Made by a program: the position numbers and the translations under genes. A stretch of DNA of 64,000 bases from Neodothiora populina. Its lineage: Eukaryota. The notes beneath the pieces were generated by a model. It was not told the origin of the DNA and made no database searches. It saw only the letters and a list, made by a program, of their open reading frames with translations. Each line of letters starts with the position of its first letter. The first letter of the stretch is position 1. Where the stretch lies: positions 62,001 through 126,000 of the forward strand of contig NW_027191410.1 of the NCBI RefSeq assembly GCF_041146345.1. The letters are read 5' to 3'. Positions 1 through 10,685 of this stretch are shown piece after piece.

Positions 1-365
1 GACAGCAATTGACGAGGGCTGACTGCATGAGCAGATGGCTTTGTCACCAAGTAAATGGTCGCAGAAGCGATGTCCTGAAGGTGATCAGCATTCGCCGATG
101 CGTTATAATGCTTATGACTTACCATGGCACTGTGCTGCGTAAGACTTCCACCTTCAGGACCCACCCAAAATCTGGTGAAGATTATGATAGCTTCCGCGAT
201 TACTTCCTGAGGTAGACGCAGAAGTACGCCGGCTGTCTGAATCAGCTTACTTGATTCATAGCGGACGGACTCCTCAAGCTCAGGAGGAACTCCATCAATC
301 TGCGATGCAGACGTTTGTAGCTGCTTGGGTGTAGCAATCGGATTAGTCAAATGCGACAGCTCCAT
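1..365 (-). CDS. Cyclin L-like protein, 5' part (runs off the window); intron 75..122
   Basis: Manual translation from ATG 365: MELSHLTNPIATPKQLQTSASQIDGVPPELEESVRY...LIQTAGVLLRLPQEVIAEAIIIFTRFW. This resembles the cyclin L N-terminal cyclin box. A 48-nt GTAAGT...CAG intron follows. Absent from the ORF track because it has no stop inside the window. Confidence 0.8.
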   Translation of the reverse strand, partial: MELSHLTNPIATPKQLQTSASQIDGVPPELEESVRYESSKLIQTAGVLLRLPQEVIAEAIIIFTRFWVGPEGGSLTQHSAMVSHKHYNASANADHLQDIASATIYLVTKPSAHAVSPRQLL

Positions 366-720
366 CCTGTTCAAGTTCCATTCTTCACAATTGTCGGTTC
401 CGGTACTGCATGAGGTGGACTTGTGGTTGGATCGCTCGAAGCGCGGGGCTTCGCCGAGACCGAATTCTTGGCGCAAGAGCGCTCGCGATTTACAGTACAT
501 GAAACAACCATCTCTATAAGTGACCGCTATCTAGTGGACTTCCTTTCGTTCTGTCTCATGATTTGTATCCCATCGCAAGTGTTGGCGCCACTTGTGTGAG
601 GCAATAAGGTATTGTATTGAATATTGTGATTACGTTCAACTGCCATTCCATCTTTCGCCTTGTGAACAACATGAGTTGAAGAATATACGAGGGCTGGTAA
701 GGCGCATGGTCAATGGACCT

Positions 721-2409
721 TTAAGTAGACCTGTGCGAAGTCTGAAAAGCCGACGAGGGCGAGTAGTGCACACTCCCATCCTCGCGAGTAGACTCAGATG
801 TTGCCCATGCCCCCTCCTTTTCCTGACGAGTAGACGAGGGCGGATAAGACACAAGCTCATTATACTCTTCGCGAGCGCGAGTAGAGCCGCGAGACCATTT
901 GTCAGGCTCGTAATAAATCGGGATTGCGGGAAACAGTCGTTGATGCTCTACCATTGCGAGGGCCTTCATCCTCTCCTTCTGACGATAGCGAAAGTCCCTT
1001 TTCGCATGTCCATCGTCTTTCTGGATTTCAGCGATGGTTTTCTGCTTGAGTTCCGAGTCCAAGACGTCGCTTCCCCAGACGATGTCCCATGTCTCCGAGG
1101 CGGAGTCCCATTCCATCTTTGGACATTGGGCAAAGACAGCGGCCCATCTCCGCTGCATGAATCGCTCGTTCAGCTCTCGGGGCCTGGCGGTTTGATCGGC
1201 CATGAAGTAGATTTCGTCCGGGGTCTTAGCATCGGACAGGCCCAGTTGTTGTGTGAGGATAGCATCTCTAGAGTTGGCGTATCCTCTGCTGGGTTCGAGT
1301 ACCGGGGTGGCCTTTACTCTCCGCACGACAGGTTCATAAGGTAGTAGGCCTGTGGCGCGCCGGCGGAGCTCCTCCCATGCGTTGGTTTCGAGGGGTGGCA
1401 GAGTGCGGTCGAGCATGGTGGCATACCATTCCTTTGTCAAGTTCTTGACTCTCTTCATTGGCAGGGGCCGGTTCCAGACATTTTTCGAGGGAATGTCTGG
1501 CTTAAGGGAGCGTGGATTAGGGCGCGTGATTTCAGGGACGGAACTGCGCATCTGCGAGGACAACAGGGCTTTGAGTTTGTTGGTGAGTTTAGGCAGTTCG
1601 AGGTGCTTAGCTTCGGCGTCGAATCTCGCAGGCCAGAGTCCAGCAAAAGTAGCGTCCTCCTCCTCTGAATTCTTCTTTTTCTTTTGCTGCTTTGATGCTG
1701 CTTCCGGGACAGAGACAGACGCGGGTTCACCGTCGAGGATGGAGTCGTCCTTGAGCAGCGGAGCCATCAGCTCGTGGCGTCTCTTGCCGGTGCGGCCATA
1801 AGTCATGTGCAAGACTTTGGCGACAAGCTTTAGTTGTCCACGGTTGGCTCTGTATATCTCGGAGAGGGCCTTTCTGGCCTTTTGCACGGCGCGAGGCCTG
1901 CGACCATAGGTCAAAGTGATTGAATGCTGGCGGAGTTGATGGTCGCGGAAGCGATCGCCGATGTGGGCAGCAATGTACTTGCGAGCGTGAGGGTCTGGCA
2001 GATACGAGGCTTCGCGCAGGAGGTGGCGGTAGAGGTGGAGTGCTTCCAATTGCTGGTTCACACTAAAAAGTGGATGGTTGAAATGATCCTCGACGTCAAC
2101 ATAGACCTCTTCGAAATGTTGCTTGGAACGCTTAGAAACGTATACAGCAGGAACCCAGGTATCCGGACGGGTGATGGGGATTTCTCCCTTTCCTTCGCCT
2201 TCGGAGGTAATGAACGGGGTGTGCTCCTCGTCGGAGTAATCGATGTAGCCGGAGGAGGAGGAGGAGGAGGAGGAGGAGGAGGAGCAGCGGGCGGAGGACG
2301 AGTGCAAGAGACGCAGATGAGAGGGCCGTAAGACGAAGGGATTAACGCATCGTCTGCTGATGGAGAGACCTACCCGCAGCGTGGGCAGGTAGGATGAGTA
2401 TGCCATCAC
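721..2409 (-). CDS. Mitochondrial LYR-motif protein (Cup1/LYRM-like)
   Basis: 562-aa ORF with an Arg/Ser-rich presequence-like N-terminus and the LYR motif ALHLYRHLLREASYLPD...IGDRFR. Confidence 0.75.
   Translation of the reverse strand: MMAYSSYLPTLRVGLSISRRCVNPFVLRPSHLRLLHSSSARCSSSSSSSSSSSGYIDYSDEEHTPFITSEGEGKGEIPITRPDTWVPAVYVSKRSKQHFEEVYVDVEDHFNHPLFSVNQQLEALHLYRHLLREASYLPDPHARKYIAAHIGDRFRDHQLRQHSITLTYGRRPRAVQKARKALSEIYRANRGQLKLVAKVLHMTYGRTGKRRHELMAPLLKDDSILDGEPASVSVPEAASKQQKKKKNSEEEDATFAGLWPARFDAEAKHLELPKLTNKLKALLSSQMRSSVPEITRPNPRSLKPDIPSKNVWNRPLPMKRVKNLTKEWYATMLDRTLPPLETNAWEELRRRATGLLPYEPVVRRVKATPVLEPSRGYANSRDAILTQQLGLSDAKTPDEIYFMADQTARPRELNERFMQRRWAAVFAQCPKMEWDSASETWDIVWGSDVLDSELKQKTIAEIQKDDGHAKRDFRYRQKERMKALAMVEHQRLFPAIPIYYEPDKWSRGSTRAREEYNELVSYPPSSTRQEKEGAWATSESTREDGSVHYSPSSAFQTSHRST
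2251..2283. repeat. (GGA)11 microsatellite encoding poly-Ser on the minus strand
   Basis: Directly visible. Confidence 0.95.
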
Positions 2410-2666
2410 ATCTGGCTGTTGAGTTGATCAGTCAATCAAGCACTGTTGCGTGGACAGCAAAAGTGAATAACAATAATGACGCAGCTAATTCGATTAAACC
2501 GAGTTATTTCTGATGATTTGTAGCCGGCAATCAGCCGTACAACGCCTCGCTGCGGAAGCCAGAGACATCCCCGAACATTTATTGGAGATGACCGGAGCTC
2601 TTGGAACTATCATCAGTGATTTCCGCATTCGACAACTTTGAGACGTCAGGCAGCGCTTGCGGCAAG

Positions 2667-3531
2667 ATGGCAGCTTCAGCAAGTAAAAGCAGCAAATCGC
2701 TGGCCATCAGCCATCCCATCGAGGGACTCGACGAGCCTCTGGCCCAGATCTACACTCACATCCACCCGCTGGTCATCCTGGGTGTCTTTTACTTTCAGTT
2801 CGACTCGCTTGTGAAAAAGCCCCTCGAGAGTCTACCGAGGACAGCGATCGCTGTGGCACTCCTCCAGGTGCTGTATGTTTGCCTGTGCATCCCTGGCAGC
2901 AACTATGCTTCGCTGCACCCCAACAAGGGAAAGGCAGGGCCAAAGAAGAAGGCTGCCGCCAGTCACAGCAGCCACGCAGAGCCCGGCATCGGATTCAGAC
3001 TAGTCGTATGTAGATACCTATGCCCCATAACACAGCTCTGGAGAGGGAGACTGAAATGCTGACTCCCGTAGCCTGCCTTCCTGTCCCTCGTCCTCTCGGT
3101 CTCCCTCGGCGCACCCGTCATTGCCGCCGCATTGATCCTGTTCGGTGCACCCATCACGACGCATCAACTGTACACTGTTCTCTGCGGTCTACACATCTCT
3201 CTGCTCGCCGTGCTGCCGCTGTTCTATGTTCACGGTGTCGATCAGCCCAAGTGGATGCAAATTGCTGCTCTCAACGCACCCGTAGACGAGGTCTTTGGAG
3301 CCTCGTCAGGCACGTTGGTCGGAGCTTGGATCGGTGCGATTCCCATCCCATTAGACTGGTAAGTTGATGCTTTAGCGACACTGTAGTATTCGTTCGCACG
3401 CTGACTTGCCAAGGGACCGCGAATGGCAAAAGTGGCCCATCACCATCATCACTGGAGCGTATATCGGATACGCTATCGGAAAGATGCTGGGTGGTTATGT
3501 GTTCAGAGGATCGAGGATCAAGATGTTATAA
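2667..3531 (+). CDS. GPI11: GPI anchor biosynthesis protein PIG-F/Gpi11; introns 3006..3071, 3359..3413
   Basis: The spliced product contains LILFGAP and the signature [21 protein letters not shown]. Splice sites are canonical. Confidence 0.92.
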
Positions 3532-3731
3532 GAGTGACCAGATTATAGCCGAGTCTCTGAGATCTGAAGGACATGCAGCAGATACGAACAAAGATCAGGA
3601 GATATAATACTTCATCTAGACAGAGCCCTGCTCTCTATCAATCGAATGCCACTGAAAGTACTCAAGAGCAATCGAGAAAGGCGCAGATATGCAGAGAAAG
3701 AGTTTATTGGAATCTAGCCGGTTCTTGTACT

Positions 3732-5267
3732 CTATGCCTCTGCTCCCTCCCCCTTCATTGTCGTCTCGTATCTCTTTCCTCTAAACGCCCAGACACCCCA
3801 GTTGCCAGCCGAGACATCCTGAGGATCCAGATCGTTGAGGTCCCATCTCAGAGATCTGAACCTGTTCTCGCCTGGTTTGAGCAGAATATCGACTTCGCCG
3901 CCGACCGTGTCGTGAACCCAGTCCATGTCGCGCTGCATGTCGTACTCGGTGTATCCCGTGCAGATGATGGGCACTTTCGTCTCGAGCAGGGGTTGGATGG
4001 ACTGTTCCCATTCGTGGGACGAGGCCGGGTGGCCCAGACCCGGATGGTAGAGCATGAAGCAGTCAAAGTAAGGGTCGTAAGGGGCGAAATGCTGCGTCTG
4101 GTGCAGGTTGTGGAAGTACTCGACGTAGGTGGATATCTTCATCTGGCCGCCCAGACGGTCTTCGACGATGGCGCCGTAGGGGTTCGAGGGAGTGCGCTCG
4201 GGCAAGGGAAACTCGGCGTCGCGATTTGCCATGCTCTCCGGTCCGATAAAGATCAGATGGAACGAGGCGCGAGGGAAGAGGTAGGTCAGCTGAATCCAGA
4301 CCTCGCGGGGGAGGGATGACTCGGCTCGCGCGCCGAGGATAAAGAGACGCACGGGCGGAGGGTTGGGACGGAGACCCTTGATGCCGTCGCCCGCGCCGGA
4401 CTTGGGAGGGTGCAGCGTGTATCGCAGAGCAGAAAAGGACTTGATGCCCTCGGCGGTCAGGCGCGCGTCGCCTCTCATGCTGTAAGGGGAAAGCTCGTGC
4501 AAGACACTGCCGGCGGTGATGGGATAGGTCAAGAGTCTCGTGGCCTGTCTCAGATTGCGTTCCTCGTTGATGGCATTGAACTCGCGCGAGTAGAGAAAAG
4601 TGTCCCAGTTCATCATGTTGACCTGAGCCTCGTCGATCTGCGGGCCGGGATACTCGAATTCGGGGAAGAAGCGGCCGGAGACCAAGTCGTGGTCGTCCTC
4701 GTTGATCTGACGCAGCGTGTCGCAGATCTCCAGATGGGTCTCGTAGTCGTCGACGAAATGCTCTTCGCTGCAGGACACGGGGATGCCGCAGTCCGGGCAC
4801 TCGTACCTCACGTGCGCTGGGGGCTGAGCGCCGGCCTTTCTGCTCTCGAGGTCATGGGGAGAATCTGGCTGACGGGTCTGTTGGTGGTCTGGATGAGAAC
4901 AGTAGGCATTCTGCTTGATGAAAGCAGCTCTGCGGCGGATCATGGGCGAGGGCGAGTCGGAGAAGGAGTGGAAGAGGTTGTTCGGCCGGAGCAGCAGACG
5001 TGAGCGGTCGTCGACGTTTGAGTTTGCAGCAGCGGCAGCGGCAGAAGACTGAGCCGAGTACGACTGACTCTCTCTTGCCAGGTCGACCTGCTGTTTGTGT
5101 TTCGGCGTGGTGGAGATGCGGCGTCTCGGAGGAGCGAGTTGACTGGGTGCCGAAGGGTGTTTGATCGAGGAGCGGGAGAAGGATCGAACCGACGAGGGAG
5201 TCTTTGCAGATGAGTTTGTTTGGCGGATGAGGCAGCGCCAGCAGGCCGAGGATGATCTCGAGGCCAT
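3732..5267 (-). CDS. MSS51: Mitochondrial COX1 translational activator Mss51 (intronless)
   Basis: CPDCGIP..CSEEH zinc motif, LRQINEDDHDL.SGR, LGARAES.LP, HPGLGHP and WGVWAFRGKRY. Start placed at MASRSS (presequence-like). Confidence 0.93.
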   Translation of the reverse strand: MASRSSSACWRCLIRQTNSSAKTPSSVRSFSRSSIKHPSAPSQLAPPRRRISTTPKHKQQVDLARESQSYSAQSSAAAAAANSNVDDRSRLLLRPNNLFHSFSDSPSPMIRRRAAFIKQNAYCSHPDHQQTRQPDSPHDLESRKAGAQPPAHVRYECPDCGIPVSCSEEHFVDDYETHLEICDTLRQINEDDHDLVSGRFFPEFEYPGPQIDEAQVNMMNWDTFLYSREFNAINEERNLRQATRLLTYPITAGSVLHELSPYSMRGDARLTAEGIKSFSALRYTLHPPKSGAGDGIKGLRPNPPPVRLFILGARAESSLPREVWIQLTYLFPRASFHLIFIGPESMANRDAEFPLPERTPSNPYGAIVEDRLGGQMKISTYVEYFHNLHQTQHFAPYDPYFDCFMLYHPGLGHPASSHEWEQSIQPLLETKVPIICTGYTEYDMQRDMDWVHDTVGGEVDILLKPGENRFRSLRWDLNDLDPQDVSAGNWGVWAFRGKRYETTMKGEGAEA

Positions 5268-5704
5268 GTTGTGTCTGTGATCTTGCTGTTGTCGTTGCAA
5301 CTGAAGGTCTTGAGGGTCGATCAAGGTAACGAAGGAGAATAAGAATACATCATCGACTGCATCTTTACATTCGGCAGCAGCCCTCTCGGAGCTCGGACCA
5401 TCAGATTCTTGGTGCACCGGGAAACTGGTGACAGGAAAAGGCAGCTGCGGATTCGAGTCGGAGGGCGCGGGGGAGAGGCTTGGCATCGACGGCAGCGTTC
5501 CTTCCCCAGATCTACTCTACGTTGTGTTCTCTGTACCTGCATAATTCACTCTCACTCGACCACCTACACATTCAACCTCTGTTTCGGGCTACATCACCGT
5601 TTCTTGACTCCAGCAATCGTAGGATCCTCGAGCACTCATCAAGGTCATAACATACCTTATGCCAAAGTGAAAGGAAAGGAGCTGAACACAAAACCACAAC
5701 GACC

Positions 5705-6550
5705 ATGGCATCACCACAAGCGGCAGCGGCCACTCTCCAGCGAACAACACCAACATCCTCAACAGCACCGACCACAGGCCCAACGGCGCCGACGACGACG
5801 GCAAACACCACAGCCGAAACGAACACAACAGCAACAGCAACAACAGATGTCCCCGCGACCTCAAATTCCGACGACGGCCTGTCGCGCCGGCCACGAGACG
5901 CGCGCCTGATCCACCTGATCCTGTCGGCGCAAGGCATTCACAGCTACCAAGAGCGCGTACCACTCCAACTGCTCGACTTCGCCTACCGCTATACATCCTC
6001 GGTACTATCGGACGCGCTGCGCCTGTCAGCCGAAGGCTACACATCCTCAACGACGACTACAACAACGACGAAACGAGGTGGAGGAGGCGGTGGTGGCGGC
6101 GCAGACGCTGCTGCCGCGGCTGCGGGATCGGACATCACCGTGAACTCTCTGCGTCAGGCCATCGCGAGTCGTCAGGACTACCATTTCCACGGCGCCCTGC
6201 CCAAGGATTTCATGCTCGAACAGGCGAGCGAAAAGAACAGGATCGCCCTGCCCAAGATCGGCAAGAGCTGGGGCGTGCAGCTCCCGCCGGAGAAGTACTG
6301 TCTCACGGGCACGGGGTGGAGCCTGAAGGATATGTGGGACAGCGATGAAGAGCAGGACGGAGAAGACGAGGACGGTCGGAACGGTCTCGGTTCGGGCGCT
6401 GAGAACGGGCTTCATGGCGCTAATGGCACGAATGGCACTGCCTCTTCGAAAAAGGACGATGGTGACGAGAGGGAAGATGAGGGAATGGATTCTTTCGAGG
6501 ATGTGTTTGGGGGTTCGGCGGATCAAGACCAGGATATGGCTGATGTTTGA
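5705..6550 (+). CDS. TAF9: TFIID/SAGA subunit Taf9 (histone fold)
   Basis: RPRDARLIHLIL...YQERVPLQLLDFAYRYTSSVLSDA...LPPEKYCLT. Confidence 0.93.
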   Translation: MASPQAAAATLQRTTPTSSTAPTTGPTAPTTTANTTAETNTTATATTDVPATSNSDDGLSRRPRDARLIHLILSAQGIHSYQERVPLQLLDFAYRYTSSVLSDALRLSAEGYTSSTTTTTTTKRGGGGGGGGADAAAAAAGSDITVNSLRQAIASRQDYHFHGALPKDFMLEQASEKNRIALPKIGKSWGVQLPPEKYCLTGTGWSLKDMWDSDEEQDGEDEDGRNGLGSGAENGLHGANGTNGTASSKKDDGDEREDEGMDSFEDVFGGSADQDQDMADV

Positions 6551-6582
6551 AATCTCAGGAAAGGAAAATCTATCTGAAGCCA

Positions 6583-7834
6583 CTACGTGCCTCTCAACCT
6601 GCCCCACTCGGGCGCCACGCTGACCGTCCCCTCGTCTTGATCCATAACCTTGCCTCGATCCCACTCCCTGCCCTCACCGGCTTTATTCCAGCGCACGTCA
6701 GCGTCATCCATGACCCTCTCCCCCGTTGTTGGGTCGACTTTCTGACTCGACCACTTGCGCACTTCTTCGTCCGTGAAGCCGGCCGCCCGCAGGCGATCAG
6801 CGCCTTGTTGACGCCATTTGTTCCTGTCACGCAGGGCTTCCAGGGCATTGTCCCAGTCGTCGCCTGCAATGCCGTCGAGGTCCACGTCGTCGGGGTCTTG
6901 GTCCTGGGTCGGATCATAGTTTGAGGAGAAATGCGTGTCGATTGTGGACGAGTTTAAAGTGCCACGACCTTTGGAGCGGATAGGCGGCGGTGGGGCAGGC
7001 CCGAGGATGGCCTCGAGAGGATCGGAGTCTGATGCTGGTGAATGGCGGCGGCGGTGGGATTTTGATGCTTCTGGCGAGGCGGAAGAGCGTGTGGTCCTGC
7101 GGGTGGTCTTTGAGCGCTCCTGGGATTCAGAGCGGTCGCTGTGACTGTTGCGATGATGATGGTGGTGATGGTGGTGGTGACGATGTCCACGGTGTCTATC
7201 CCGATCTACTGGCGATGATGTGCGGGAACGCGATCTTTCTCTTGTCCTTCTCTTTGTTTGGTGACCCGAGCGTCGTGAAACGGACTCGGGACTCCTGCTA
7301 CGGCTACGGCGCCGATGGGACCTTTTTGTGTCTGTCTCGTCGTCATGTCTGCTGCTCGGGTGCTTTCTTTTCGTCTTGGATTCTTCTACTTCGTCCTCTG
7401 AGACTCGGCGCCTTTTGGTGGGAGGCGGCATAGCAGGGCCAGTGCCATCGTATCTCGCCCTAGCAGAATACAGCCGTTGTTCAGGTCTTGCTTTATTGTT
7501 CGCCGCCGCCCGTCTCTGCACCCTTTCTTGCTCCCGTAGCTTGTTCAATCTTGCGCGCGACTCTTCGGCCTCTCTGGCCAGCAGAGCAGCGTTGTGCGTG
7601 TCGGTATCACGGATCAGGTTCTTAAGAAAACGCGTGTTTGGCTTGAGAGCAGCCGAGCCGTTCGGTCTCCAGGATTGTTACAACGAGTCCAAGAATAAGG
7701 ATAAGAAGAAGTTGTACTTACCTCTTACTCGACAGACTCCCGAGACCGAGATTGGTTGCCGCAGATGAGTTGGCTTTTGCATTTCTCTTGAGTAGCTCGG
7801 CTACAAAATCATCCGAATAGTCGTCGCCTGGCAT
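6583..7834 (-). CDS. Conserved fungal RS/His-rich nuclear protein (possibly splicing-associated); intron 7667..7721
   Basis: Exon 1 MPGDDYSDDFVAELLK joins KPNTRFLKNLIRDTDTHNAALL. The middle is RS-rich and the C-terminus reads WDNALEALRDR...W...GEGREWDRGK. Confidence 0.7.
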
Positions 7835-8107
7835 AGTTATGTCGGCTGCCTTGCAGCATTTCGATGGATGGAAAGTATTGTCTCCATCAAGGAGCCTGGA
7901 AGATAAAGACACTATGAGCGAGTGACGTCGATCCGGGGAAGGGTCTGGTAGAGTAAAGATGTGGATATTTGCTCTGTTTGCATCTCGATTCCTCGCCGAA
8001 CACTTTCGGAGGTACTCAGTCATTAAGAGCGAGACGAGTGGGCTCTACAAGTATACTATTATTGAGCAGCGAGAATCTGGACCGATCCTGGTCACAACAA
8101 CATCACA

Positions 8108-8640
8108 ATGTTCTTCAGGACTCTCATCCGGAGAGCAGCACAGGAACAACAGCAGGGCCCATACAAGGCCTATCTAAATCCATACAAGGCCAAACGACTC
8201 TGGCCGCCGGATTTCTCACAATTATCTCAGAAGCACCAATTCCGCCTGGAAAGAAGATACCGGAGACGGGCCAAGCTCAAGTGGGCTCGTCCGCAATGGA
8301 CCAAGTTTGTCAAATTGGTCACTTGGGCCAGTATAGCTGGTATGTGTCATAAAGGAATTAGCAACATTACATCTCGCTAACAATCGTTCGAAAATCAGTC
8401 GTCGGTGTCTACGGAGTCTTGTTCATGGAAACGCCAGGAACGACGTCTATCTTCGACGGGGTAGGTGCTCGTCCGCGATCAATATGTAATCGCAACCATC
8501 ATCTCTGCTGTCTGCTGAACAACATGTAGATTCGAGGCGTCTATAAATCACTCGGAGAAGGACTCTTTGACAACACACCTGTCCGACGAGACCCTGCGCC
8601 TCAAATCGATGATGCGAAACCTACCGCTGACAAAGAGTGA
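8108..8640 (+). CDS. Small conserved fungal protein, probably mitochondrial membrane; introns 8340..8398, 8461..8529
   Basis: NPYKAKRLWPPDFSQLSQKHQFRLERRYRRR.KLKWARP followed by one hydrophobic segment. Canonical introns keep the frame open to TGA 8640. Confidence 0.75.
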
Positions 8641-9125
8641 AACCATATCGAGGAAGTCTTGTTCAACTCAATTGGAGACTTGGAATGGTCTTATCGAGGG
8701 AACAGTTCGAGTAAGGCGATGATATGAAGGAAGACTTCAAGACACACGGCACATCTTGCGTGCGTGCCGACTGTACATGTCACCGTAGTTTGCACATCTA
8801 GATACCCCCCTCTACTCACTCATGGCATCTGTGAAACACCTCCTCATAGATGCGAGAAATCCGGCGACCTCCTTCTTTTTACCACTCTGCTTTATCGGTG
8901 TCTACCTCTCCATCTCTCTCGCACTCGACTGTCGCAAACACAATCAAGTGGACATAAAAATAGCTTGATGCTTCTGATGACAACGGCAACAATGGCATAT
9001 CCGGCTGGTCAAGATAATATGGTCTAATGTGTTCGCTGGGTATCTAATAATTCCTCGCCTGTCTCCTCGTAAATCTCACGAAACCCGCCCCCCTCCCCCC
9101 CACCAAAAAATAAATGACAGCACAA

Positions 9126-10274
9126 TCAAGCTCTCTTGGTCCGCTTCTTCTTCTTGTTCTTCTTTTTCTTCTTTCCACCAGGATTGCTCTTCGGTATGAC
9201 ATCGCCATTGTCATCCAGCTCCTCCTCTTCCTCTTCTTCCTCGTCGTCTTCTTCGTCGTCCATGACCCGTTGGGGAAGTGCCCTCATGACTTGCTTAGCC
9301 TCGGCCTCCCTGGCCTTGCGTTCCCTTCTAAGTGCCGGACCGTATCGCTGCTGGACTTCCTGCTCAAAGACGTCCTTCTCCAGCCGGAACAGAGACATGG
9401 TGGCTCTGGCATCCTCGACGGACGAGTGCTCGCCTCCCTGGATCTCCAGCCCGAGTCTCTCCTTGGCAAGCTTCCGTAGCGCGGGCGCTCTGCCCATGGA
9501 TATTTTGCGGAAGTTCGCGTGCTTGGCCGTGTCGCGTATGTCCCGCTGAGGATGTGACAGCAGGAGAACAGCCATGTCATTCTTCAGCGCATGTCCGACG
9601 AGGACCTTGCCGTCCAGCAGCTCGGCGACCGTCTTTTGTACCTCGGCGAACGGTCTCGCGACATCAGACCGGAGATGGTGGGGTTTGATGCCGCTGACAA
9701 AGGTGCGGTAGTCGGTCACCTCAACCCCGGGCAACGGCTGCACGTAGCTGTCGTACACTTGCTCGCCGTGGTAGTTGACAACTGAAACACGCGCCAGAAC
9801 ATTCTCCGCCGACGGTGGAGGACCGGTACCTACCATCTCACAATCCAGAGCAAGGAATTTCCCGGGCTTATGGGTAGGATGCAGTCCTTGGTTTACCAGA
9901 GTCTCGGTGGAGCCAGCGATTGATACAGGCCGACTGCTGGGACGTCTGGCGACAGGGCCTGTCGAAGTTGCATCTGTCTCGGCTACATGGGTGACTGGCT
10001 GTGAGGACGGCCTTGACCCTGCAACACTCGAAGCTGACTTTGAGAAAGCGCCGCCCATGTTCTTCTTGACCGTGACTTGTGGCTTCTCTGGCTTCTTGAC
10101 TTCGACCTTGACCCTCTTCTTGACGGCAGTGAAATTTGGATTATTTGGGTCTGCAGAGGATTCGCCGGGTCTCTTTCGCTTCACTCCCTTGTCTCCATTC
10201 TCTTTCTTCGGAGCGGCTTTCAGGCTACTCTGCAATTTCTTCCAATTGCTGGACAGGCCGGAAATGTCAGGCAT
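9126..10274 (-). CDS. REX4: RNA exonuclease 4 (DEDDh)
   Basis: N-terminal LSSNWKKLQ, then ALDCEMVG, LVGHALKND and HSSVEDARA. Confidence 0.92.
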   Translation of the reverse strand: MPDISGLSSNWKKLQSSLKAAPKKENGDKGVKRKRPGESSADPNNPNFTAVKKRVKVEVKKPEKPQVTVKKNMGGAFSKSASSVAGSRPSSQPVTHVAETDATSTGPVARRPSSRPVSIAGSTETLVNQGLHPTHKPGKFLALDCEMVGTGPPPSAENVLARVSVVNYHGEQVYDSYVQPLPGVEVTDYRTFVSGIKPHHLRSDVARPFAEVQKTVAELLDGKVLVGHALKNDMAVLLLSHPQRDIRDTAKHANFRKISMGRAPALRKLAKERLGLEIQGGEHSSVEDARATMSLFRLEKDVFEQEVQQRYGPALRRERKAREAEAKQVMRALPQRVMDDEEDDEEEEEEEELDDNGDVIPKSNPGGKKKKKNKKKKRTKRA

Positions 10275-10685
10275 GACTTGTGTCGTGACGAGAATAAAGA
10301 TAAGATAAAAACAAAATGCGGCAACCAAATAAACCGGAGTTTGTACAAAGTAAAGCCCCGACGAGGCATCGGCGACTCTTCGGCTGGTCGACTTTAGTCC
10401 GTTATCTCCATCTCTGCTTTTATACCGGCCATGGACTGGGAAATACCTTTTCATTTCTCTCCGGCACAGAATGCTTCGAGCGAGCCATGCAGTCGATGCC
10501 GTAACTTTCAACCCGAGTAGAGATCACGCCTACCTGACCCTGGGTATTTCTGACCCTCTCACTCTGTTCTGGAGACGTCATCGGTTTGTTTGTGACTTGA
10601 CCATCTCCCATCTAAGGCAGTCACCACAGACTACTTGTACACCATACACGACACTGTGCAATCACCAAGCAACCCTCTCCCGATC

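Noticed and set aside
3573..5003. Long antisense and alternate-frame ORFs over MSS51 (and similar ones over TAF9, REX4, P5CR, EngB, UTP6)
   Set aside because: Shadow ORFs expected from high GC3 codon bias, with no recognisable motifs.
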